A DNA stretch of 64,000 bases from Mobula hypostoma (taxonomy: Eukaryota), in NCBI RefSeq assembly GCF_963921235.1, contig NC_086101.1:21018001-21082000 (forward strand). Reading direction: 5' to 3'. Below the pieces are notes generated by a model that worked only from the letters and a program-made list of their open reading frames with translations, did no database searches and was not told the origin of the DNA. The translations under genes and the position numbers were made by a program. Of the stretch, positions 13,188 to 23,163 are shown piece after piece. Each line of letters opens with the position of its first letter. The stretch's first letter is position 1.

Positions 13188-13401
13188 TAGCTGGCTGGTG
13201 GTGTAGTGGCATCAGCGCCGAACTTCGGAGCAAAGGCCCCCGAGTTGGAATCCAGCCGTCACCCTTGCACGCTTTCCATCCGTGCTGGGTTGAGCGTCGT
13301 GCTAGCAACTCGGTCTCGTAAAAAAATAAGAAAGCCTGCTAAAAATAAAACACCGTCATGACGGCATCCCGATGACTCCACTCAGAGTTAAGAGCTATAA
13401 A
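13188..13401 (+). mobile_element. tRNA-derived SINE with 13-bp TSD
   Basis: A-box/B-box-like head (ggtggtgtagtgg...gagttggaatcc). TSD atacatctgcttt at 13175-13187 and 13402-13414. Empty site at ~45440. A same-family fragment is reversed at ~37490-37590. Confidence 0.85.
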
Positions 13402-13424
13402 ATACATCTGCTTTGCCTCTATCC

Positions 13425-14262
13425 TGGAACATTCCATGTATCCTGGAACATATGTGTGCGCATGCGCCGGTCGTGCATGCAGCCAGGTACAGCCATTCCG
13501 ATCTATTCTTACTTTCTTCTTCTTACTTTTTAATTTACGTTATTTTTTTGTATTTTTTTCTCACGGTAACACGTCGAAGCTGCATCCTCTCTAACGTGCT
13601 GGTAGAGAGAGTTTTATTTGGTTTTTTTTAGCGCTGGAAATGGTTACATCCCGACACGCGGGACAGAAGCAAGGTCGCATTGTGTATTCCACGGACCAGC
13701 AAATGCCGGCCGGTTTAGCGAGCAGAGCGGCGGACAGCCCTGCTGAAATCCAGAGGAAAACACACAGATGCAGAGGGGGATCACAAAGCTGAGGGAAGAG
13801 GACTGGGTCGAGACAATAGAGACTTATGGAGAAGAGGAGTTTGGTGGGTAATACCATTCCGGCTGACCGGAAGTGCACTGAGAGCGGTAAGTGTAAAGGA
13901 GATGGGTGCTTACTGATCTGATTAACAACAGATGGTGCAATCCGGGGCATATTACGATTGAGGAACGTGTTTGCAGACTGGATATTGAACTTTTTACTGT
14001 TGGACTTCGGCCACATTCCACCGTGATACAACACTTGGCGGCTCGGGAGGTCATTCCTGCCTGTGGCCATCGAACGTGCAGTTCCTCCCGTGGAGGGTCA
14101 GACACCCTGAGCCAATAGAGTGGTCCTGGACTTATTTTCCATCTGGCATAGTTTGCCTTTTGTTGTTTGATTGTTGGAGGTTTTTGTATTGCTATATTTA
14201 CGCTCTATTCTTGGTTGGTGCGGCTGTAACGAAACCAAATTTCCCTCGGGATTAATAAAGTA

Positions 14263-14317
<55 letters not shown>

Positions 14318-14330
14318 CTATCTACCTATC
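13425..14330 (+). mobile_element. Internally deleted Rex1/Babar-like LINE
   Basis: CpG-rich 5' region, then an endonuclease N-terminal fragment (INNRWCNPGHITIEERVC..DIELFTVGLRP) joined directly to the 3' UTR. AATAAA at 14254-14259 and a (TATC)n tail. Absent in the paralog. Confidence 0.7.
14263..14330 (+). repeat. (TATC)n microsatellite (LINE tail)
   Basis: About 17 near-perfect TATC units. Confidence 0.95.
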
Positions 14331-15029
14331 ATTGATCCTGCTTCAATAATGACTGAGAAGTCCCAGTTTCTCCATTTTATCCATTAAGCTTCGAAATAAA
14401 TGGAATTTGTTCAATATTTATTTCCCTCCGCTTAAAATGTCTCTGCCTATCCTAATCCAATAGCGTGTTCCTGCTCGTGTTCCGTCCTCACCCTTACCTC
14501 CAGCACCCCCACCCCCAAAGCCAATCTAGTATCTAGTTTAAACCCTCTGTGTTCGTACGTCACGCCCTGTGGACAGATATAGTCTGCTCCGTGTACGCCT
14601 TTCATTTCCTATCAACTACTGTCAGGCCGCTCCTCATCTGTGTGGAGCTCTACCCTGTGGCTTGGCTGAGCACAGCAAACAGATGGAAGTACTGATGCAA
14701 TCAGAATCAGAATCAACTTTAAAATCACTGGCTATGTTGTGAAATTTGTTGTTTAGCGGTAGCAGCACATTGCAATACAATAAATTTAAAACTAAAAAAT
14801 TACAAAATAATCGATAAACAAATAAAATAAGTTCTGCAAAAGGGAGCAAAATCAAGATAGAAAGAGAAAACGAACGTGTGTTGCTGGGATTTCCAGCATC
14901 TACAGATTTTCTCTTGTTTGAGAAATAAAAAAAAATCAGTCAGATATATTGTCCATGGCATCTGGGAGAAACTGTTCCTGAATGGTTGAGTGAGTGAGTG
15001 ACGTCAGGCTTCTGTACCTTACTCCCACT

Positions 15030-15900
15030 TTTAGTATATCCCTCTGATATCTTTACTTCCCCTTCCCCCTTTTTCTGTTTCCCACTCTGGTCTCTTACCT
15101 CGTCTCCTCACCTGCCTATCATGCACCCCTGGTACACATCCTTCTTCCCTTTTCTGTTAGTCCACTCTCCTCTCCTACCAGATTCCTGCTTCTCCGGCCA
15201 TTGACTTTTCTCATTCACCTGACTTCACCTATCATCTTCTAGCTCTTCTCATTCCCTTCCTCCACATTTTTATTCTGGTATCTTCCTTTCCAATCCTGAA
15301 GAAGGGTCTCCGCCAAAAAACATCAATCATTTCCAGAGATGCTGCATATCGCAGCAAGGGAAACAATGCTACACCTGCCCATTCACATCTTCCTTTATCT
15401 CCAATCAAAGCCCAACAATCTTTGCAGGTCACGCAACACTTCACCTGCGAATAAATTGGGGTCGTCTATTGAAACCAGTGCTCCAGATGTGGCCTTATTT
15501 ACATTGGTGAGACAGACATAAATTGGACGTCTGCTTTGTTGAGCACTTTTGCTCCATCTATCAAAAGGAAAATTTGCCCATGGACAGCCATTTTAATTCC
15601 TGTCTCTATTCCCGTTCAGACTTGACGGTCCTTGGGCTCACTGTTTTTTCCACGATGAGGCCATTCTGAGGGTGGAGAAACAACATTTCATATTCCGTCT
15701 GGGCAGCCTCCAACTATCTAGTTAGCTAACCATTTAGCTAATCACCAAACACCTTCCCCTCCCCCACCTTCTAATTCTGACGGCTTCCCCATTTTTCCAC
15801 TTCTGAGAAGGCTGCTTTCCTGGAACATCGACAGTTTATTCATTTTTATTGATACTGCCTGACCCGCAGTGTTCCTCCAGAATTTTGAGTGTGTTGCTCT
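15030..15900 (+). mobile_element. Penelope-like element fragments, degenerate
   Basis: Terminal motif cctgaagaagggtctc at ~15296 and a decayed GIY-YIG region (ggccttatttacattggtgagac...ggagaaacaacatttcatattccgtctggg). Confidence 0.65.
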
Positions 15901-17040
15901 TGTGCTTCCTCCTTGCTGTTGTTAATGGGATAAGGACAGGTCCTGGTATTCAACACAATTGTTGCTGATGGGCTACTTTTATTGCAGTCATCCCAGTTCC
16001 AGTGATTTCTTCAATACACGGAAATCAGTTCACCTTTATCATAATTGAACTCAGGGACTGAAATCCTACGGATGACCAAAGTAGATAATCCTAACATCTG
16101 AGTGAATAGATTTCTCCTTATCTCAGCACTAAATGGCATGTTGCTTACTCTGCGACTGCCACCTGGTTCTAAGTTTCCTCATTTGGTGGAAACAATCAGC
16201 TGTATACCCACGCTGTGGAGCACTCTGAGAATTTTGTGAACTTAATGAGATTGCTGCCTATTCTTCTACATTCTGAAGCCTACAGGTTTAGGCAACTCAA
16301 TCTCACCTTATACTACAAACTGAGACAAGCCTTGTGAAATATCTCTGCATAACACTGATCTATACATATCCCCCCAGTCACAGTATGCTGGTCTGAGAAA
16401 GATCAATTTCATTTTTTCACTCTGCTTTCTATGCATTATTCAATTTCCAGCCATATCAATATAATACCCTCATTTGCATGTATTCATACAACTACCAGTA
16501 TAGAGCCTCAATTGAAGTCTTCTGAGAAACATACAGGGAACATTCCCTGGTTCCTTTTATCTTTTCTGTTGATCACATTCTCAGGACAGTCAGGGGTCAT
16601 TTTTGTTTCATACATCCATGTTCACGGTACTAAGTTCCATTTCGTGATGTTCTGTTATCACATCATTGTAAATTCCAGCAATATTCCTGCTATTAATGTA
16701 AGACGAACATGTCAGTAGATCTCTGCTTCATCTCTCCCTCCTTTTCTAAATAGTGGTTTGCATTCTATAGGATTTCACTCTGCAGATCAACTCCAGAATC
16801 CATAGAATTCTGGAAGACACTAAGAGAACATTTCCTAACTACCTCAGCTAGTTTTAAAACTCTGGTACATATTCTCAGAATTTATCATCAGCTTCCTCAT
16901 TTAATTTCCTTCAGTTCTCTTTCCCACAAGGGGCTTTGTTTTTTAGTATTTCTGGCAGTTGATGACCACCCCAATTTCCATGTGTACGTTACAAATTCTC
17001 CACTCTGCCTGTGCTAGAAACCCTTATCCGCTCTCATTTC

Positions 17041-18864
17041 AAAGTTGCTGGTGAACACAGTAGGCCAGGCAGCATCTCTAGGAAGAGATACAGTCGATGT
17101 TTCGGGCCGAGACCCTTCGTCAGGACTAACTGAAGGAAGAGTTAGTCAGAGATTTGAAAGTGGGAGGGGGAGGGGGAGATCCAAAATGATAGGAGAAGAT
17201 AGGAGGGGGAGGGATGGAGCCGAGAGCTAGACAGATGATTGGCAAAGAGGATATGAGAGGATCATGGGACAGGAGGTCCGGGGAGAAAGACGGGTGGGGG
17301 GCATGGAACCCAGAGAATGGGCATAGTCAGAGGGACAGAGGGAGAAAAAGGAGAGTGAGAGAAAGAACATGTGTATAAAAATAAATAAGGGATGGGGTAC
17401 GAGGGGGAGGTGGGGCATTAGCGGAAGTTAGAGAAGTCAATGTTCATGCCATCAGGTTGGAGGCTACCCAGACGGAATATAAGGTGTTGTTCCTCCAACC
17501 TGAGTGTGGCTTCATCTTTACAGTAGAGGAGCCCGTGGATAGACATGTCAGAATGGGAATGGGATGTGAAATTAAAATGTGTGGCCACTGGGAGATCCTG
17601 CTTTCTCTGGCGGACAGAGCGTAGGTGTTCAGCAAAGCAGTCTCCCAATCTGCGTCGGGTCTCGCCAATATATAGAAGGCCACATCGGAAGCACCAGAGG
17701 CAGTATATCACCCCAGCCGACTCACAGGTGAAGTGTCGCCTCACCTGGAATGACATGCCATTACACTTCCTGCCTTAGCACCATTCAGGGCCCCAGACAG
17801 TGAACAATCTATGTTCCGTGCCTATTCTGGTATCTGTCCCCCACTTTCCCTTCGCTAAATCGACAACTGCATTGGCACTGCTTCCTGCACGCATGCTGAG
17901 CTCGTTGACTTCATTAACTTTGCCCCCAACTTTCACCCTGCCCTCAAGTTTACCTGGTCCATTTACGACACCTCCCTCCCCTTTCTAGATCTTTCTGTCT
18001 CTGTCTGTCTCTGGAGACAGCTTATCCACTGATGTCTACTATAAGCCGACTGACTCTCACAGCTATCTGGACTATTCCTCTTCTCACCCTGTCTCTTGCA
18101 AAAATGCCATCCCCTTCTCGCAATTCCTCTGTCTCCGCCGCATCTGCTCTCAGGATGAGGCTTTTCATTCCAGGACGATGGAGATGTCCTTTTTTAAAGA
18201 AAGGGGCTTCCCTTCCTCCACCATCAACTCTGCTCTCAAACGCATCTCTCGCCACCCCACACACATCTGCTCTCGCTCCGTCCTCCTGCCACCCCACCAG
18301 GAATAGGGTTCCCCTGGTCCTCACCTACCACCCCACCAGCCTCCGGGTCCAACATATTATTCTCCGCAACTTCCGCCACCTCCAACGGGATCCCACCACT
18401 AAGCACATCTTTCCCTCCCTCCCCCCCACCCCGCTTTCCACAGGGATCGCTCCCTACGCGGCTCCCCACTGATCTCCCTCCTGGCACTTATCCTTGTAAG
18501 CGGATGCCCTTACACTTCCTCCCTTACCACCATTCAGGGCCCCAGACAGTTTCCCCCCCCCCTCATCTTTCTCCCCGGACCTCCTGTCCCATGATCCTCT
18601 CATATCCCCTTTGCCAATCACCTGTCCAGCTCTTGGCTCCATCCTTCCCTCTCCTGTCTTCTCCTATCATTTTGGATCTCCCCATCCCCCTCCCACTTTC
18701 AAATCTCTGACTAACTCTTCCTTCAGTTAGTCCTGATGAAGGGTCTCAGCCTGAAATGTCAACTGTACCTCTTCCTAGAGATGTTGCCTGGCCTGCTGCG
18801 TTCACCAGCAACTTTGATGTGTGTTGCTTGAATTTCCAGCATCTGCAGAATTCCTGCTGTTTCT
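17041..18864. mobile_element. Penelope-like element, inverted two-part insertion
   Basis: The minus-strand part (17041-~17750) encodes GIY-YIG (LLYIGETRRRLGDCFAEH...EEQHLIFRLGSLQPDGMN). The plus-strand part (~17760-18864) encodes the RT C-terminus and 3' end. TSD-like gctctcatttc / gctcttattttc; empty site in copy B at ~23690. Confidence 0.85.
17092..17127 (-). ncRNA. Minimal hammerhead ribozyme motif (stem III palindrome mutated)
   Basis: AGUC-CUGACGA-agggucucggccc-GAAACAUC-GACU. Confidence 0.45.
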
Positions 18865-19084
18865 GCTCTTATTTTCTAATCTTCCTTTATGCGAGAGAAA
18901 AAAAACAAAAAATTAAGTGTGGTTGTCAATATTTCAATTGTTAAAGATATCAGTAGTGCCATGCTATATATTTTCCCTCAATGCTATGTGATAAAAGATT
19001 AATCTAAGTCAGAAAGCTGAACATTTCCAACTTTTATTAATGTTAAATAATACTGCACAGGACTGAAAAAAGCTGCAGGGTGTT

Positions 19085-19537
19085 GTAAATTTAGTCAGCT
19101 TCATCTTGGGTACTAGGCTACGAAGTACCCAGGACATACTCAAGGAGCGGTGTCTCAGAAAGGCAGCATCCATTATTAAGGAACTCCAGTACCCAGGGCA
19201 TGCCCTTTTCTCACTGTTGCCATCAGGTAGGAAGTACAGAAGCTTGAAGGCACACAGTCAGTGATTCAGGAACAGCTTCTTCCCCTCTGCCATCTAATTC
19301 CTAAATGAACATTGAACCCTTAGTCACTACCTCACTTTTTTAATATATAGCATGTCTGGTTTTGCACAAATTTTAATCTATTCAATATACTTAGAGTGTA
19401 ATTGATTTACTTATTTATTTATTATTATTGTTACTATTTTATTTTGTTTTTTTTCTTCTATATTATGTATTGCATTGAACTTCTGCTGCTAAGTTATCAA
19501 ATTTCACGTCACATGCTGCTGATAATAAATCTGATTC
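19085..19537 (+). mobile_element. Rex1/Babar-like LINE 3' end
   Basis: C-terminal LLPSGRKYRSL...FRNSFFPSAI-type coding remnant, then a 3' UTR ending gataataaatctgattc. Absent from copy B. Confidence 0.7.
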
Positions 19538-21108
19538 ATACAAATCCTTAAATTTAACAGAGCCCTTCTTTTCATGATTTTCCATTATGAACCCAGTGTG
19601 ATGTTTGAAGCACTTGACAGGATTTTAGGCAGTTCTCTGAGAGCCTCCTTCACTGAACCTGAAATCAGTGACTTATCAACTCAAGACCGGCTTTTGGTCT
19701 CAATCTCAAATGTGTTTTTGACCAAGTGGTAGTTATTCCATCAACCCTCAACACCGTGGTCCACGTACATCACCCATCAACCCCAGTCCCACTCCTTCTC
19801 CTCTCCTCTTCATGCCAGCTATCTTCCTTTTCCACTCTCATGCCTTATGCAGGGTATTGTCCCAGAGTTTAGACAATCTCTTTGCCCCACCTCCTCCCTT
19901 ACAATCAGATACTCCTTGAACCATTGTGTGTCTGCCGGTACATGTTCCACTGCATTTTCAACATTCCAGTTCATTATTCCCTTCAGGTACGCTGCAAATT
20001 CCAGGTCAGAGTTGTGACTGGACCCTTTCTATGCCAGACCACTGAGGCACCCTTTGTTGAAAGACACACCAATTCCAAATACTTTGCTGACAATATGAGA
20101 ACACATTTGTGGTTGGCAAAGAGCAATTATATCACCATCAACAGAGGTGCATTTAGTATAAAAAAGTTAAAAGTTTCGTTTAATAATTAAAAATACAGAA
20201 CTACATGCCTGAATGATAATTGTAACAAACAGGAAATGGACAAAGTACACAGTGGATTACAGCTCATGCACAGCATTTTTACCAGATTACACATAGGTAG
20301 GGGCAGTGGTTTACTTCAAGGTGCTTAAGCCTGCTCTTTAATTTGATAAGATCACTTCTGATTTGACTTTGGCTTTGATCAACTCTGATGCAAAACCCTG
20401 GACTAGCTGTAGACTAAAAATCTGGACTTTGCAGCCTTGCAATACAGAATGATTCAGCTTTCACAAATTCCAAATGTTTACAACCCTGAGAAGAAACTCC
20501 ACTTCATTACCACCTCAAACTGTGAATACATTTTCTGAAACTACACTTCCAATTCTAGAAACCCCATGAGGAGAAACAGCATTTTAGCATCAACCTTGAC
20601 ATATATACTCAGAATCTTAATCATCAGTATGGTCAGGAGTTGACCATATAATCTCTGATCAGCATAGACTCAGGCTGCTCAACCTTTCCTTATAAGGTAA
20701 CCCTTTGATCCCATGAATGAACCTATTGAATCTTCACTGATCTGTATCCAATAAAATATATTTTTTCCATCACACTTCTTCATAACTCATCTGGTTATAA
20801 AGCACAACCTCAACTCTCTGTCTCTCATTCAACCCAGTTGTCCTTCTTAGAACTGATTGCTTTGCTGTCTATTTCCAATACTTCTTACTTGAGTTTCTTC
20901 CTCTTGTTCTAGTCCTTCCAAATCACATTCTCATTGCAAATTTGTATCAACACCTGGTCTACTCTCCCAATTTGCAAGCCAGCTGTGTCTGCTGTAGGCA
21001 GTACAACAAGTAGCTGAGCATAAACAGTGGTGCTGGGATTGAAGCACTTCAATGCCACATTTAGAATTCCTATAGTGGATGATCAACGTTGAGTGTTGAA
21101 CTCCTCTC

Positions 21109-21237
21109 TCATGTTGTTGCTGCCAACAATGTGTTCACATCAGGATTGTATTTTATCTCATCGTATATCGTTGTGAGCTGTGCCCTTGGATTTTGATGTC
21201 CTTCGTTGGCATCCAGTTGATGTAAATGTCTCTGTGG
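21109..21237 (-). CDS. Duplicated ITSM-bearing terminal exon (distal copy): alternative last exon or remnant of a paralog
   Basis: Acceptor ttacctgctttcaag intact. Translates PQRHLHQLDANEGHQNPRAQLTTIYDEIKYNPDVNTLLAATT*. There are 3 substitutions in the first 108 nt versus 25239-25394; a 1-nt loss after the ITSM gives an earlier stop. Confidence 0.6.
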   Translation of the reverse strand, partial: PQRHLHQLDANEGHQNPRAQLTTIYDEIKYNPDVNTLLAATT

Positions 21238-21812
21238 CTTGAAAGCAGGTAATTTCATTGACCATGTGTTTAGATCGTGTGATTATCTGAGTCTCTCCTG
21301 AAACACATACTCCAAGGATATAGCGCAGAAGATTGTTTAAAGGGAATGGAATACAAGATAGGTTCAGACTTCAGTACTGGAAGATCAAGGATTTGAAAAG
21401 ATCTGTATAAATTTTAAAGTGAAACAGAGGGAGAAACAGAGAGGTTTTGTGTTATAAAGTAATGTCAAAAGTGTTTTCTAATTGTTAGAGACCTTTGTAC
21501 TATGGGACATGCAAGGAACAGGCTGTAGATTTCTGCTTTTTATGATACTCTCCATCCATCTAGCTCTGAAGAGGGAACACTTTTGCAGTAATGTGGAGGC
21601 TTTACCCATGGAGGAAGCTTCATTCTATAAGACATAGAGGAGGGCTACATTGTCCGGCTATAGAGGGGCTTTCACAATGCCTGGTGGGATAATGCAGTAA
21701 TATCTCTGAATGGAGTCACATCCTGGGGTTTAGTGTTGTAAGTAAGGAGACAAATTTCTAAAATATCTGTATTATAGAAGGAAATCTGTACTATCAGGGT
21801 AATTCCAATGAA

Positions 21813-23150
21813 GAACATAGAACATAGAAATTTACAGCACATTACATGCCCTGCAGCCCACATTGTTGTGCCAACCATGTAACCTACTCTAGAAACTGCC
21901 TAGAATTTCCATAGTGCATAGCCCTCTATTTTCCTAAGCTCCATGTACCTAACTAAGAGTCTCTTAAAAGATCCTGTTGATTCTGCCCCTCCACCATCAC
22001 CGCCGGCAGTGCATTCCACACACCGACCACTCTCTGTGTGGAAACCTTACCCCTGATATCCCATCGGTACCTATTTTCAAGCACCTTAAAATTATGCCTC
22101 CTAGTGTTAGCCATTTCAGCCCTGTGAGAAAGCCTCTGGCTATTCACACGATCAATGCCCCTCATCATCTTATACACCTCTATCAGGTCATCTCTCATTC
22201 TTCATCGCTCCAAGGAGAAAAGGCCAAGTTCACTCAACCTATTCTCAGAAGACATGCTCTCATAAGGCAAGCTCCCCACTCCAGGCAACAGCCTTGTACA
22301 TCTCCTCTGCACTCTCTCTATAGTATCTACATCCCTCCTGTAGTGAGGTGACCAGAACTGAACACAATACTCCAAGTGGTGTCTGACCAAGATCATATAG
22401 CTGCAATATTACCTCATGGCTCGTGAACTCTGTTCCATGGTTGATGAATTCCAACACTCCACATGCCTTCTTAACAACACTGTCAATCTGCGCAGCAGCT
22501 TTGAGTGTCCTATAGACACAGACTGCAAGATCTCCCAGATCCTCCACACTGGCAAGAGTGCAGAATACGAACCATCTACAACTACCCTTTGCCTTCTGTG
22601 TGCAAGTCAATTCTGGATCCACAAAGCAAGGTCTCCTTGGATCCCATGCCTCCTTACTTTCTGAAGGAACTTTGAATGGGGAACCTTATCAAATGTTTAC
22701 TGAAATCCAAATATACTACATCCAGGGCCCTACCTCCATCAATGTGTTTTGTTACATCCTCAAAGAATTCAATCAGACTCGTAAGGCATGATTTGCCTTA
22801 TCAAAGCCATGCAGACTATCCCTAATCAGATTATATCTCTCCAAATGCTCATAAATCCTGCCTCTCAGAATCTTCTCCAACTCTTGCCCACTACTGAAGA
22901 CAGACTCACTGGTCTATAATTTCCTGGATTATCTCTACTCCCTTTCTTGAACAAGCAAACAACATATGCAATCCTCTAATCCTCCTCCCGTCCCTGTTGA
23001 TGATGCAAAGATCATTACAAGAGGCTCAGCAATCTCCTCCCTCACTTCCCACAGTAGCCTGGATTATATCTCATCCAGTCCCAGTGATTTATCTAACTTA
23101 ATGCTTTTCAAAACATCCAGCACATACTCTTCCTTTATGTCTATATCCTC
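21813..23150 (-). mobile_element. CR1 LINE, 5'-truncated
   Basis: ORF fragments LVRHHLEYCVQFWSPHY, MRDDLIEVYKMMRGIDRV and QRVVGVWNALP, with a (TTCTATG)n-type tail at ~21813-21830. It sits at the junction of tandem copies A and B. Confidence 0.85.
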
Positions 23151-23163
23151 AGAATCAGTCTAG

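Larger units (their letters stand above)
3104..14490 (+). repeat. Segmental duplication, copy 1 (paralog of 37043-45690)
   Basis: Collinear shared anchors, e.g. ttaacaagttagga / gttacaatgaaaatgaagatttgtagg (~3160-3240 vs ~37100-37180), gtaagttcagcttccca (~3671 vs ~37698), caaaacgctgactctatgagaaacc (~11503 vs ~42856) and catctgctttgcctctatcc (~13405 vs ~45443). The copies differ by independent TE insertions. Confidence 0.85.
16330..21810 (+). repeat. Tandem duplication, copy A (ITSM exon plus 3' flank)
   Basis: Collinear with 23164-25960, e.g. gtcacagtatgctggtctgagaaagatcaat at ~16377 and ~23206. Copy A carries extra Penelope and Rex insertions. Confidence 0.85.

Noticed and set aside
13188-13260. 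tRNA gene
   Set aside because: The tRNA-like head continues into a SINE body flanked by a 13-bp TSD and does not form a full cloverleaf.
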